In this document: positions 50,592-64,000 of the stretch, one piece after another | How the letters are laid out: each line of letters opens with the position of its first letter | Position numbering within the stretch: position 1 is the first letter of the stretch | Assembly (NCBI RefSeq): GCF_006345805.1 | Contig: NC_043003.1 | Span: 2,418,001 to 2,482,000 of the forward strand | Length of the DNA: 64,000 nucleotides | Direction: 5' to 3' | From: Octopus sinensis | Taxonomy: Eukaryota | Program-made: the position numbers and the translations under genes | Notes under the pieces: generated by a model | Databases searched by the model: none | What the model was told of the DNA's origin: nothing | What the model saw: the letters and a program-made list of their open reading frames with translations, nothing else

Positions 50592-52439
50592 GTAAAGAGA
50601 ATTCAGTGTTTCTAATTAGGAAGTTTTCCCCTTGGATTCTGTTTCATAGGTGCTGGGCATGGCTGGGTGGTAAGAAGCTTGCTTCCCAACCACATAGTTC
50701 CAGGTTCAGTCCCACTGTATGGCACCTTGAGCTTGTGTCTTCTACTATATAGCCTTGGGCAAACCAAAGCCTTGTGAGTGGATTTGGTAGACAGAAATTG
50801 AAAGAAGCCTGTCGTATATGTATGTATGCCTATGTGTGTGTGTGTGTGTGTGTCTGTCTCCAACCACCACTTGGCAATCAGTGTTGGTGTGTTTCTTTCC
50901 CTGTAACTTAGCAGTTCAGCAAAAGAGACTGATAGAATAAGTACCAGGCTTTAAAAAATAAGTCCTGGAGTCGATTCATTTGATTAAAAATTCCTCAAGG
51001 TGGTGCTCCAGCCTGACCACAGTCTAATGACTGAAACAAATCAAAGATCAAAGAAAACATTATTGATTTTTTTCTTTATTATTATATCTTGCTGAAATGT
51101 GGTTAATTGGCAGAATTGTTATCTCATTGGACAAAGTGCTTGGCAGCTCTTTACATTCTGAGTTCGAATTCCACTGAGGCTGACTTCGCTTTAGATCTTT
51201 TCAGGGCCAATAAAATAAGTACCAGCTGCACACTGGGGTTGATGTAATCAACTTACCCTCTCTCCCCAAATTTCCAACTTTGTGCCTATAGTAGAAAGAA
51301 CTACAGCTTGCTAAATCTCTTATTTATTTGTGAAATAATCTAGACTGGTATTGGTGCTTGGGGATTTTATAAAATTTTTTAATTGAAGATGACATTAATG
51401 AAAGAATCGTTAAGAGTAAAGTGAATTTGGTATGTTTTATGTTTCTTAATTTCAACCAGTAATCCAAGAAGCTCTGGTGCTGGTGCTACATAAAAGGCAT
51501 CCTGTACACTGTGTAGAATGGTTGGTGTTTGGAAGAGCATCCAGCTGTAGAAACCATGCCAAAACAGACATGGAACCTGATGGGCTCCTGACTTTGCTGG
51601 CCCCTGTCAAACTGTCCAACCCATGTCAGCTTGGAAACCGGATGTTCAATGATGATGATAAAAACAATGATGGGAAACCATTTTATCCTGGAAGGAAGGC
51701 AGCTTTGAGTATATTAGTCATTTGACAAGGATGCACTTTGAGAAGATGTGTTCTGCTAAACCTACTATTTTACAAATAATCATTTATAAAATGACTAATA
51801 AAATGTAAAATAAGTTGGGATTCTGTTTTAAACACTAATGTATATTATTGCTATTATGCAAAACTGTGGTAAGTCCAAAAAAATTTTTCCCAGAAAACGA
51901 AAAAATAGTTTCCCCATTCCATTTCTTTTCACATTAGCGACAGTTCCAGCTTAACAAGAATACTTTGTTGGGTGCATAAAATCCTGTCTTTGTGCATGTT
52001 TGGTATTTTCACAAAACTGCCATTTATGGGGCTTACTACACTTTTGAAAAATGCTAAACTGTTGTACTACACTTTGACATTTTTTGATATTTTGGCATCT
52101 GAGGCGGCTGGGGACATGATGGTCTGACCGAAAGAACCAACTATTGCAAGCAAAATTAAATAGTGTAAAAAATGCATTTGGCCAAATTTGGACTTATGAC
52201 AGTTTAACAAAATAGCAATGATATATACATGCATGCATTCATACATACAGTTTTTGACAGCTTTGGCTATGGTAGAAGACACTGGCACATGGTGCCACAC
52301 AGTGGCACCCACACATTAACGCCACAGTTTTTCTATCTCTTTTTATTACTTTTTTCTTTTTAAGTATGTCTTTGAACTTCTTCCTTTGTCCTTTCCACGT
52401 TTACTTTCTTTCATTCAACTGGGAGTAAAACCTGTTTCT

Positions 52440-53040
52440 ATAGCTGAGGGCCTTGCCATTGCATAATATGTCTGGTTCCACTAAACATGGTAAACAGGAT
52501 CTCAATGCAGAAGATATTGGTTTGCTGACATTTCTCCATATTTTCTGCTGCTAGTTCCACATGATTTCTTCAGATCTATTCAGCAGCACATTTCTACCTC
52601 CTGTAGACGTTGCCTATATCTTGTCCAGCTTCCTGGCTTATTATGAGAAAATGGCTACAGCTTTGGCTGTCTCAGACCCTGATCTTCCTCTGCCAGTCAT
52701 TCAGGGATCCAAAGGTTGGTCTGGAACATTTCATTTTGATGTTGGATCCCCTCATCACAATCCACATTCTTTGAAATGTTCTTTCCATCTGTTGTCGACA
52801 GCTGTTTGTTTCCTACATGAGTTTTGTACTGTCCTTAGATGTAAGGGGGGTTGCACTTGTTACCCCAGGACCCTACATAGATTTAAAGGCATGCAAGAAA
52901 CCCTTTAACTGATGCATGCCAGCCAGTTTCTGCCTTTGAAGTGTTTTGATTTGTCACCAGTTGTTCTTCATTGCACAGATTTGCACTTGTTTGTCTCTGG
53001 ACTTCGGCAGCAGCAGCCTTACATGTTGGTAAGATTTCTG
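52440..53040 (-). mobile_element. Degraded RTE linker-region remnant
   Basis: Frameshifted fragments such as FKSM*GP, TSKDSTKL and DNRWKEHFKE match the RTE region between EN and RT. Confidence 0.5.
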
Positions 53041-53347
53041 TTTGCCCTTGTTATTCTTTTTAACTTTTATCTTTTACTTGTTTCACTCATTGCGCTGTGG
53101 CCATGCTGGGGCACCGCCTTGAAAGGTTAGTTTAACAAATTGATCCCAGTGTTTACGACTTTTAATAAGTCTAATAATTAGTCTATTGGTCTTTTTGCCG
53201 ATCAGCTAGGCTACAGGGACATAAATAAACCAACACTGGGTGCCGAGTGGTGGTGGAGGATAAATACAAAACACCAACACACACACACACCAGCACACAC
53301 ACACACACACACACCAGCACACACACACACACACAACACACACACAC

Positions 53348-53378
<31 letters not shown>

Positions 53379-53613
53379 ACACACACACACCAGCACACAC
53401 ACACACACACACACACACCAGCACACACACACACACATACATTGCAAAAAATAGAAATAGAAGTTTACCAAAAAGTACTCGGCACCGAACATTCAGAATT
53501 GGCCTGAGAGAAAGAGACCATCATCACCAGGTTGAGAGAAAACCACAACCAACAGAAACCTGTGGCATCATCTTGCTGCCCAATGTGCTTGGGACCACTG
53601 GCGGAACCAATAT

Positions 53614-53646
<33 letters not shown>

Positions 53647-54111
53647 TATCATCATCATCATCATCGTTTAACGTCCGTTCTCCATGCTAGCATGGGTTGG
53701 ACGGTTCGACCGGGGATCTGGGAAGCCAGAAGGCTGCACCAGGCTCCAGTCTTATCTGGCAATGTTTCTACAACTGGATGTCCTTCCTAACGCCAACCAC
53801 TCCGAGTGTGTTGTGGGTGCTTTTTATGTGCCACCCGCACAGGTGCCAGGCGAGGCTGGCAACGGCCATGGTCGGATTGGTGCATTTTACGTGCCACCGG
53901 CACGGAAGCCTGTCGAGGTGGCACTGGCTTCGGCCACGATTCGGATAGTGCTTTTTACGTACCACCAGTCCAGGGGTCCTGGCATATATATATATATATA
54001 AAGTTAATCCAAACAAGAAAGCACAAAAAAAACACAACAACGCGAGGACAGGCAGAATGAGATAAGAAAGCCAAGGTTGTGAGGAGTTTTCAGGACGTTT
54101 ATAAGGATATA

Positions 54112-54159
54112 ATCTTACAACTGTTTCTGGGATATTATGGATATCTCTTCATCAGAGAC
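54112..54159 (-). ncRNA. Minimal type I hammerhead-like motif (best-preserved canonical core)
   Basis: Minus strand: GUCU CUGAUGA A GAGAUAU-ccaua-AUAUCCC A GAAA CAGUUG UA AGAU. Confidence 0.65.
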
Positions 54160-54205
54160 GGTGTGAGAAAATATTTGAGTTCAAACTCAAATATTTTCTC
54201 ACACC

Positions 54206-54253
54206 ATCTCTGATAAAGGGATATCCATAATATCCCAGAAACAGCTGTAAGAC
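54206..54253 (+). ncRNA. Hammerhead-like motif, G8A-inactivated partner copy
   Basis: AUCU CUGAUAA A GGGAUAU-ccaua-AUAUCCC A GAAA CAGCUG UA AGAC. Confidence 0.55.
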
Positions 54254-54971
54254 TATTCCCTTATAAATGTCCTGAGAACTCTTCACAGCCTTGGCTTTCT
54301 TATCTCATTCTGTCTAATATATATATGCATGCTAACACAAGACCCACATAAACTCCTCACTCGTACCCCTATCAAACCAAGAGTTTAGCTACAGTCTGTC
54401 CATAGCACTTACATAACATTACCTGCCACTCTTTGGGTCCTCTAGATACCAATACTTCTCCTACCCTTGCTATATATCTATCTGTCTATCTATCTATCTA
54501 TCCATCTATCTATCTACCTATCTATCTATCTACCTATCTATCTATCTGTCTATCTATCTATCTATCTCCTCTCTCACTGGGTAACCATGTACCTCTTCTA
54601 CAACAAGGCACCTATTTCTGCCTCCCTACTTCTCTGTTACACTCTAACCTTTCATCATTTGATATGGGATCCCCTCCTCTAATGGCCCCTCTGCTGTGAC
54701 AGGACACCTGCTTCTGTCTCTCAGTTCAACTCTAACTGTCATCCATTGACACAAATACCCTGCCTCTCTCATAATTCCTTGTCTTGTGTGTTACTTGGTT
54801 ACCCTGCCAGTGTTGGTGCCACATTAAAAGCATCCGGTCCATACTGTAATGTAGTTGGCATCTGGAAGGGCATCCAGCTGTGAAAATCTTGGGTAGATTT
54901 TCTACCTGACCCAGCTACTATCAACTGTCCTACACATGCATGCATGGAATATGGATGTTAAACGATGATGA

Positions 54972-55030
<59 letters not shown>

Positions 55031-55945
55031 TGAAAGGGTACCCAAAAGAAACCAGAATGTTGCAATATTATTTCATTCCCTTAGATTTACATGTTTACAC
55101 TTTTACCGCCTCCAAAATATTCTCCATTTGAAACAATGCATCCGTCCAGATGCAGCTTCTACTGTTCGAAGCCATTCTGGAACTCTTGCAAAGTGATGCC
55201 TTTTAACGCCTCCGTCGTATTTTTTCTTCACCTCTTCCACATCTGCAAATTCTGTAGCATCAGCTTTCGTCACCAGCGATGACCTTTGAAAAAAAGGTCC
55301 GGGTCAGCTTCCAACTCTCCTTTCAGTTCAAGACACACATTCAGCCGTGACTGCTTTTGATCTTCCGTGAGCAAGCGAGGCACAAATTTTGCTGTAACTC
55401 TTTTCATTCACAATTCTTCACTCGAAATTCATTGGCAGGAGCTCCAGGACACACACCAGTCATATCAACAAGTTCGTCAATTGTTCGGTAACGATCCTCC
55501 AGGAACAATTCATGAATTTTAATGATGTTTTCATTTGTTCGAGAGATCGATTGTTGTCCTGAATGAGGTTGGTCTTCAAACAACAAGTGACCATTAATAA
55601 AGCATGAAAACCACTTGTAAACTTGTGTTTTGCTCATGGCAGGGTCCTTGTAAGTTGTTAGAAGCATGACAACTGTTTTGGCCCCTGTTTTCCCCAGCAG
55701 AAAACAGAATTTCATGAAAGCATGCTGTTTCTTCGTTTCAGCCATCATAAAAATTGACAAACAGGGGGAGAAGCACTGCAAAACAAAGACGCACCATATG
55801 GCAGTACGACCCTCGTCCAATGCTGCCGGCAGTCAGCAGACTGATGCCTGAGGGTTGCATCTAGTGGCTTCTAGCAGCAGAAGCCAGAACTATAATGGGC
55901 TTGTCCCCCTGACAATGTTTCCGGTTACTTTCGGGTAGCCTCTTA
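55031..55945 (-). mobile_element. Internally deleted mariner DNA transposon
   Basis: ORF 55404-55820 encodes a mariner N-terminal HTH (KFCFLLGKT..MSKTQVYKWF..EDQPHSG). C-terminal FADVEEVKK..GEYFGG at ~55100-55250. Degenerate 27-bp TIRs at 55031-55057 and 55919-55945 (21/27 identical). Confidence 0.85.
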
Positions 55946-55970
55946 TATATATATATATATATATATGTGC

Positions 55971-56005
<35 letters not shown>

Positions 56006-56501
56006 ATATATATATGTGTGTATATATCATCATCACCATCATCGTTTAACGTCCGTTCTCCATGCTAGCACCAGGCTCCAGTCTAATCTGGCAATGTTTC
56101 TACAGCTGGATGCCCTTCCTAACGCCAACCACTCCGTGAGTGTAGTGGGTGCTTTTTACGTGCCACCTGCACAGGTGCCAGGTGGGGCTGGCAACGGCCA
56201 CGGTCGGATTGGTGTATTTTATGTGCCACCGGCACGGAAGCCAGTCGAGGCAGTGCTGGCATCGGCCACGAGTCGGATAGTGCTTTTTACGTACCACCAG
56301 ACCAGGGATCCTGGCTGGTTCAATTCGATTTCGATTTCGATGTGTATGTATATGTGTATATATATGTGTGTATATATATATGTGTATATATGTGTATATA
56401 TATATATATATGTGTGTGTATATATGTGTATATATATATATATTATATATATATGTGTGTGTATATATGTGTATATATATATATATATGTATATATATGT
56501 G

Positions 56502-56533
<32 letters not shown>

Positions 56534-57697
56534 ATATATATATACATGGAGGGGTTTTTCTCAGTTGTTTCTGTCTTACGAATCCACTCTACAAGGCACT
56601 TGTTAGCCTGGGGCTATAGTAGAAGACACCTGCCCAAGGTGCTGCACTGCAGGACAGAACCTAAAACCACTTGGTTGCAAATCAAGCTTCTTTACCTCCC
56701 ACCCAAGCCTGGTTTGTAACTCTTTTGTTTTGTTTTTGTTTGGTAGGTTTGTAAAGCAAACTCTCTTCTTTGCCACCGAGCTGTTTTATCTGAGGGTTGT
56801 CCTTGTCAAACCGGTCTGAAATGTTTTCTTACTGTGGACCCTAACACCTCCTGACAAGCTTGTCTTTCACTGAAAACTCATCAAGGATCATTTACCTCTC
56901 CCTTCCAAACGACCGAGTCAATCAGTGTAAAGCTAATTATTCGAACATGTAAACAAACTACGTTAATGGCACCCGACTTACTTCAATAATGGGTACAAGT
57001 CAATGGGTAAATTTATTCATAATTTTTGGTTGCTCCAGACATGAATATGTAACCTCCTCCTCCTAAGCAGCGGGTTTCAACCATTCAAACAGGTGACAGC
57101 TTCATTTATAACTCTCTCACACACACACAAATGTGCACAGGTGTGGCTGTGTGATCAAAAAGTTTATCAACTGCATGGGTCTGGTTTTTCGGTCCCACTC
57201 CGTAGCCCCCTTAAGTAAGTGTCTTCTACTACAACCCTAGGCTGTCCAAAGCATTGAGAGTGGATGCAGTAGGCAGAGACTGAAAGTCATTCGTTAAAGT
57301 TGTTTCTTCAATTGAAGTTTTATTAGGTCCAAAGCAACCCTAAGCGCTGAGAGGACATGTCATTGATGAGGGCGTGAATGGTGATGAGCTAGGTTTATAC
57401 CTAGCTGAGTGGATGATTAACCAAACAATTCATTATACAATCAATTAATTAATTGGTTAAATAGCTAGCTAAATGACTAATGATAGTAAAGAAGTGAAAT
57501 AGAACCAGGGTGTGTGTGTATTTTATTAACTGGCTTAATGACCCTCCTAAGATGCAACAAAATTTTCCATAATAATTCTTTTTAGAAATAGAGGAAGTTG
57601 CTTAAATCTGGACAAAATGTTTAGAAATTCAATAAAACTCTTAGTTTTAAATTGAACTGTTATTCACTTTTAATTAAAGTTCTTAATATTTTTCCAG

Positions 57698-57790
57698 ATC
57701 TGAAGGTTATCTTTGCTTACCCAAAATCAAAACCTACAACCTGAAATCCATGAAGGCCTCTTTTGCCAAACTTCTTGCTGGTGACTTTCG
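57698..57790 (+). CDS. NADK2: NADK2 coding exon 4
   Basis: tttccag|A TCT GAA...TTT CG|gtgagc. Translates SEGYLCLPKIKTYNLKSMKASFAKLLAGDFR. Confidence 0.92.
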
Positions 57791-60742
57791 GTGAGCTTTT
57801 AAAATGCTACTCTCTTTTTCTTTCTAGAAATTTTCAACCTTTTTTGCTGTATTAATGTAACATTTGTGTTATTTTGTTTTTTATGTCTTATAATATAACA
57901 TTGTACCTGATAAGATTATGCTTAGCATATCTCTAAGATTACATCAATATCTGTTGTACATCCAGATGTAGAAACCTTGCCAGATCAAACTGGAGCCTGG
58001 TGCAGCCTCCTGGCTTGTCAGCCTTCACTCAAACCGTCCAACCCATGCCAGCATGGAAAGCGGACGTTAAATGATGACGATGACGACAATGATATTGTTC
58101 TCAAGTTTTGGCACAAGGCTGAAATCTGTTGTACATATTCTTTGTTTTTCTTTTACTTGTTTCAGGCATTTGACTGCGACCATGCTGGAGCACTGCCTTT
58201 AGTCAAACAAATCGACCCCAGGACTTATTCTTTGTAAGCCTAGTACTTATTCTATCGGACTCTTTTGCTGAACTACTAAACACACCAACATTGGTTGTCA
58301 AGCAATGGTGGGGGATAAACGAAGACACACAAATATATGCACACACACACACACACACAACAGGTTTCTTTCAGTTTCCGTCTACCAAATCCACTCACGA
58401 GGCTTTGGTCGGCCCGAGGCTATAGTAGAAGACACTTGCCCAAGGTGCCATGCAGTGGGACTGAACCCAGAACCATGTGGTTAGGAAGCAAGCTACTTAC
58501 CACACAGCCACTCCTGTGCCTATGTTAGTACATATTAACATCATCATCATCATTATCATTTAACATCTGTTTTTCATGTTGGCATGGGTTGGGTGGGTTG
58601 ACAGGAGCTGGCTGGCCCAGGAGCTGAATCAAGTCCCGTTGTCTGTTTTGGCCTGGTTTCTATGGCTGGATGCCCTTCCTAACATCAACCGCTTTACAGA
58701 GAGTCTTGAGTGCTTTTTATGTGGCACCAGAATGGGTGCCTATTACATGGTGCCAGCACAGGTACTTTTTATGTGGTGCTAGCTCAGGTGCTTTTTACAT
58801 GGCACCAGCAGGGGTACTTTTTACATGGCAAAAGCTACTGTCCCCAAAAAGGCCCCTAAAAATCACCCTGGGGGCTTTTATGCAAAGTTAGGCCCACCAA
58901 AAACTTTAATGCACTGAACTTTTTTTCGTGAATATGCGCCACAGAAATTGCTGTGCATCTATTTTCACGTGTCTTTTTTGCCATCAACTATGCTATGCAA
59001 TGAAAGATGATGGTTGTAGATAATGGAATTTCTTGATAATGGTAATTAGAATGATTATAAAAGGCTTAACCATTATCTAGTGCAACTCTAACACATCAGC
59101 AAGATCTGTTAATATCATGGGGTGACATATTCAGTTATGCAATTGTCTATAATTTCTGGCTTAGTCATCATAGCTTAAGGACGTTTCTGTTGCTAATAGA
59201 AGAAGATTGAGTGAGGAAACAGAAAAAAAAGAGGAAGAAATTGGTAAATATAGGCACAGACATGTCTGTAGTAAGACACTTGCTTTCCAAACGTATGTTT
59301 CTGGGTTTGGTTCCACTGCATGGCACCTTGGGTATGTGTCTTGTAGTATAACCTCAAGCTGACCAAAGCCTTGAGAGTGAATTTTGTAGACAGAGACTGA
59401 AAGAAGCCCATCATATATATATATATATATATATCATCATCATCATCATCATCGTTTAACGTCCGTTCTCCATGCTAGCATGGGTTGGACGGTACGACTG
59501 GGGATCTGGGAAGCCAGAAGGCTGCACCAGGCTCCAGTCTTATCTGGCAATGTTTCTACAGCTGGATGCCCTTCCTAACGCCAACCACTCCGTGAGTGTA
59601 GTGGGTGCTTTTTACGTGTGTATATATATATATAATATATATATATATATACATACATATATATATATATATCATCACCATCATTTAGCATCTGTTTTCC
59701 ATGCTGGTATGGATAAGATGGTTTGACAAGAACTGGCATGGCTGGAGAGCTGCACCATGCTCCAATTGTCTGTTTTGGCTTGGTTGCTACAGCTGGATGT
59801 CCTTCCTAATGCCAACCATTTCACAGTTTACCAGGTACCTTTAAGATGTTGTGTGTGTGTGTGTGTGTGTTTGTCCCCACCCCACTTGACAACTGGTGTT
59901 GGTTTGTTTATGTTCCCATGGCTTAGTTTGGTAAACAAAGAACCAAAAGAATTTTTTTTTTAAAATAGGTACTGGGGTTGATTAATTTGACTAAAAATTC
60001 TCGAAGGCAGTGCCCCAGCATGGGCACAGCCAGGTGACTGAAACAAGTAAAAGATTAAAGATAAAAGATTGTAGAAAGATTAAAAGATTAGGTGGTATTA
60101 TTTAAGAAATTAATTGGTTTTAGATCCTGATGATAATGATGATGATGTGAAGAAGATTATTGTATTGTAGAAAGCGAAAGCAAGCAGATAGAATGAACCT
60201 GTAGTTTATGTGTGTCTATTTCTCTTGTTTGTTAATTTTGATATTTAATGGTCTCCTTGCATTGTTATTGCTTTCTCTAATACATTGGTTTTCTTCATAT
60301 TCCACAATGCTTGAAGTAAATTAATAATTCCTAGGCAGTGTTTATGTCTTTAACACTGTTGGCACTGTCAAATTGAATGGTACTACCTAGGTATCAAAAC
60401 CATAATGATGTCTGTTTGGCAGCTGATGATGGACGTATGTGTTTGATGTACTTGTTGGCTGTAAACCATTTGTATCTTGTGTTCTCGTAGTTCCTATTTG
60501 TTCTTAAATGAAATTTTTGCTCTCACAAAAGGTAAACTTGGTGGAAGATTCTTGGTTTACGGTAGTTTTGCTGTAAATAGTTTACCATAATCTGATTTTG
60601 CATGATAAGTTCTCCATTGGGATTCTAATTTTGGTAAGAGTAATACTTGTTTAGGGGTTTCTGTCATGTGGAAGTTTTGTTGTATAAATACTTACATAAA
60701 ATCGAATATTATATTTTATCTGGTTTTTCTTTGTCCTGTCAG

Positions 60743-60973
60743 ATGGAAGTGGCGCCAAAGGATTCGAATAAGTATGTCCGGAAAATATATGTATGACGAT
60801 CCTGTAGAACTTCACGATCAACAACTACACTTTCATGAACATCGTTTCACTGAACACGTCAAGGAAAATGAAATGTTTAATAAAAATAAGTCTTTAACAT
60901 CAAAGGACACAACCCGTATTTTACCCTTATTGGCCCTCAATGAAGTTTTCATGGGCGAATCTTTATCATCACG
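60743..60973 (+). CDS. NADK2: NADK2 coding exon 5 (NE motif); gene continues beyond window
   Basis: ctgtcag|A TGG AAG TGG CGC...TCA CG|gtaaga. Translates WKWRQRIRISMSG...LPLLALNEVFMGESLSSR. Confidence 0.94.
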
Positions 60974-60999
60974 GTAAGAATTAAATCTTTATCCTTTAC

Positions 61000-62470
61000 A
61001 GATTAACAATCCCAGATCTAAAATCGAAACTTCCAGACACCTCACTGCTTCTGCACTTACACTGTATGACTAACCAATTCCACCACAATTGGATTGCCAA
61101 GAATAAGAAACACTTCGCAATGCAAATTCCAGTGGATTCAAAATAAACATCACCGCTTCATTTCTGTCCACTGCAAACTCTTTGAGAACAACAACAGCCC
61201 TACTAATGCCCTTCCCTACTCCAAAATCTTGGACACACAGCTTCCAACTTCAGGCTGTCAACATAACAGAGACAACAACAACAGCATGACTAATGGATTA
61301 CTGATGGTTGTGTTTGTTACACATCCATCTGGGTTTCTTTCAACTTCAGACACATTATCTAATTCTTGGCAATAGCTGCTGCCTTTTAATTTCAAGCCTA
61401 GGTTCATCCTAGAAGCTAGCTTTTGCAAAACAGTTAAAATTAGACATTTGCTATGCAAACTACTTCTATTTCTGTTCCTAAGCGACTTCCTATCTTCTCC
61501 TATAACAATTGATTTTACTCACCTTCAGACAATTCTGTTTGATGCTAAGCTGGCGAGACTTTACCATTCCATATTTAACATTCTACAGAAACATCTCTCC
61601 CATCCCAACCTATAATCTCCATCTACTTCACAGAATCTTCAATGAGACAAAAGGAGAGAATTCTACATCACTAATAAATAGGCATCCAATGGTCTGGCAT
61701 TTGAACATCTTAGCAACACTTGATGCAAAAGTCAACAGCATCTGATTGAGCTAAATTAGATGACTGTTTTTCACAGCAGACGACTCTAATAAAACCAAAC
61801 ACCAATCATAGACTTAAATTAGACTGATTATCTCTGGAGTAGTCAAACCATTTCATGGTTCCTGGCTAGAATTCTCAAAAACCGTATCTCCATATTTTCC
61901 CCAGATACATTGACAACTCCAAGAAAGTCATTAACAAACCCAGGGACTTCAACCTCACCATACTGAGACGGAATGGATACCTACTGTTTAGCCTAGGCAC
62001 CATTTCCTTTCAGATCTTTGTGTCTGTTTTTCAGCTGTCCACCTAATAACCGGCCATGTCATTTCTTCAACTGACATCTATGGTTTTCGGTCTGACATCC
62101 TTCTCACCCATCAACAAACTACTGGCCATCATCATTTCATTCCAATTACATTCCTCATAGATTTGTTTATTCCATTACCTGGCCTTTCCCAGGTTTATGC
62201 CATCCATTCATCCATCTTCTCTGCCCACTATTCCCGGGAGGGTCATGGAGGGAGAGTCCCCAGGCCCCTCCCCTCCACTTCTATAGGGTCCTATCAGAAG
62301 CAGCCATCATTAGACTTTCTGGCTGGATTCCTATGGGCAACAAGAATGGAATGGTTGGATCATATCCGTAGTCTCAGTTGATCCTGCTTGGAGATCCAGC
62401 CAGAAAGTGTAATGACAATTGCTCCTGATTGGACCCTATGGGGGAGGGACCTGAGGACTCTATCCCTATA
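61000..62470 (+). mobile_element. Possible highly degraded Penelope-like element remnant
   Basis: Isolated motifs RYIDN (61903), LTILRRNGY (61954) and VYSITW..PGL (~62165). No continuous ORF. Confidence 0.3.
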
Positions 62471-63043
62471 ACTCTTCTAGGTAGAGTGGATAGTAAAAAT
62501 GGAGGGATGGCTTATGTAGAAGTTATATTACATGATTAATATTTAATTAACAAATATTTTAATTTCTAAAGGGTGGCAGTTCATGTAATTGGAATCATTT
62601 GTTCTTTTTTTGTTTTTGTTTTCTTTGTTGTTATTCCTTCATAATTCTTCATTGGAACAATATTGTTTACTTGTAGAAATGCCTCCAAATCCCAAGAGAA
62701 TATAACTTGTTTCAAATTAGTTTCGTTTCAAGTCTTTGGGAATGAGGTTTACATGGTTCTTCTCTCTTTCGCTAAAAGGTGTAAAAACATTTTTTACCAT
62801 AATAGAGAATTTTTTTCTCTATGGTAACTACAGTGAATTTGCCTTTAGGAATTGAAATATGTCACAAACATATTTTAACTAACCTAAAATTCATGGAAGA
62901 GCATAGGCCCAAAACGTTAAAGACTTTTTCACTTCCCGAGCATTATACTAATACATCTGTTTGTTGTCTACACTACCTGTCTTTGTCTTTTGTTTTTTTG
63001 TGAATTCTCCCTATATATATATATATATATATATATTCAGAGA

Positions 63044-63077
<34 letters not shown>

Positions 63078-63513
63078 CTAATATATAGATAGATATATAC
63101 ACACAAATATATAAATGAACATTTCTCAGTGTTTATCTGTACAGATTTTCTATAGAATTTCGACCTAGCACTGAAAGTCGTGATGTTTCGTATGTGACTA
63201 CATCTATGCAAACAATGTGACCAAAGACAGGAAAACAGGTAATAGGTGTATATACATATTTCAAGAGTTATTCCTCTTCCATCAGCTCCACATCCAACCC
63301 ATTAACCACCTGTGAATGCATTGCTTAAACAGCCACTCAGTTTAGTTGTGTAACACAATTGGACAGACCAATTTACGCATTAAACACATGCTTGGTGATT
63401 GCTATGTCAATATTAATTGCTAGCAGTATTTTGTTTCCAACCATAAATAAGCTATAAAGTATATTTAAGGTTTACAATTACCAGCAATTAATAAAAAATA
63501 TATATATATCGAA

Positions 63514-64000
63514 GACCGAGACCTCTGGAGATATGCTGTGACTGTGAAGACCTGATAAATAAAGTGAGTTCATGGCTTGCAGGACAGCCTGCTGTGCTAA
63601 CCTTGGATCATAGAGTGACCCGCTGTTCTCGAGGAGACCTGTTGAGTAAAGTACGTCAACACCAACATCAAAATGAAAATCAAATGGAAATTGTAGTTAA
63701 GGCACCCGTGCCAGTGACACGTAAAAAGCAGCGTCTGAACATGGCAGATGCCAGCGCCACCTGACTGGCGTCCGTGTCGGTGACACGTAAAAGCACCAAC
63801 TGATCATGGCCGTTTGCCAGCCACATTTGACCCCTGTGCCGGTGGCACGTAAAAATCACCCACTACACTCATGGAGTGGTTGGCATTAGGAAGGGCATCC
63901 AGCTGTAGAAACACTGCCAGATCAGATTGAAGCCTGGTGCAACGTCCTGGCTCCCCAGACCCCAGTCGAACCGTCCAACCCTTGCCAGCATGGAAAACGG
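63514..64000 (+). mobile_element. LINE family B 3' fragment, cut by the window edge
   Basis: GACCGAGACCTCTGGAGATATGCTGTG ORF end followed by the family 3' UTR. Confidence 0.85.

Noticed and set aside
55965-56606. 213-aa ORF and the many similar short ORFs rich in YI, CV, HT or HH
   Set aside because: They are translations of microsatellites and LINE/SINE tails, with no splice or homology support.
62677-62778. Candidate NADK2 exon 6 (also one near 63145)
   Set aside because: AG/GT-bounded and open, but the peptide does not resemble the expected SYYE...KSSG segment. The next exon is probably beyond the window.

Overview
Eukaryotic, AT-rich, repeat-dense genomic DNA. The repeat families look like those of a coleoid cephalopod, most likely Octopus; this is inferred from recalled repeat consensus, not a database search. 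Two spliced + strand genes are supported by GT-AG, phase-consistent exons. One is the last four exons of an unidentified coiled-coil-like protein (5678-20446). The other is the first five exons of mitochondrial NAD kinase NADK2 (33262-60973, continuing beyond the window). The rest is mobile DNA: a ~134-bp tandem array, a near full-length RTE LINE broken only by tiny deletions, many copies of a second LINE family with a PHD-like finger, Hero- and CRE-like remnants, tRNA-derived SINEs, an internally deleted mariner, MITEs and a non-autonomous Helitron. The most unusual signal is a set of at least 11 minimal type I hammerhead-ribozyme-like motifs, often in fold-back palindromes or a SINE tail. 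One has a compensatory G3-C8 core swap (GUGAACA instead of CUGANGA), and a weaker look-alike of that variant recurs in every unit of the tandem array. All ribozyme calls were folded by eye, most copies carry lesions, and none has been tested.
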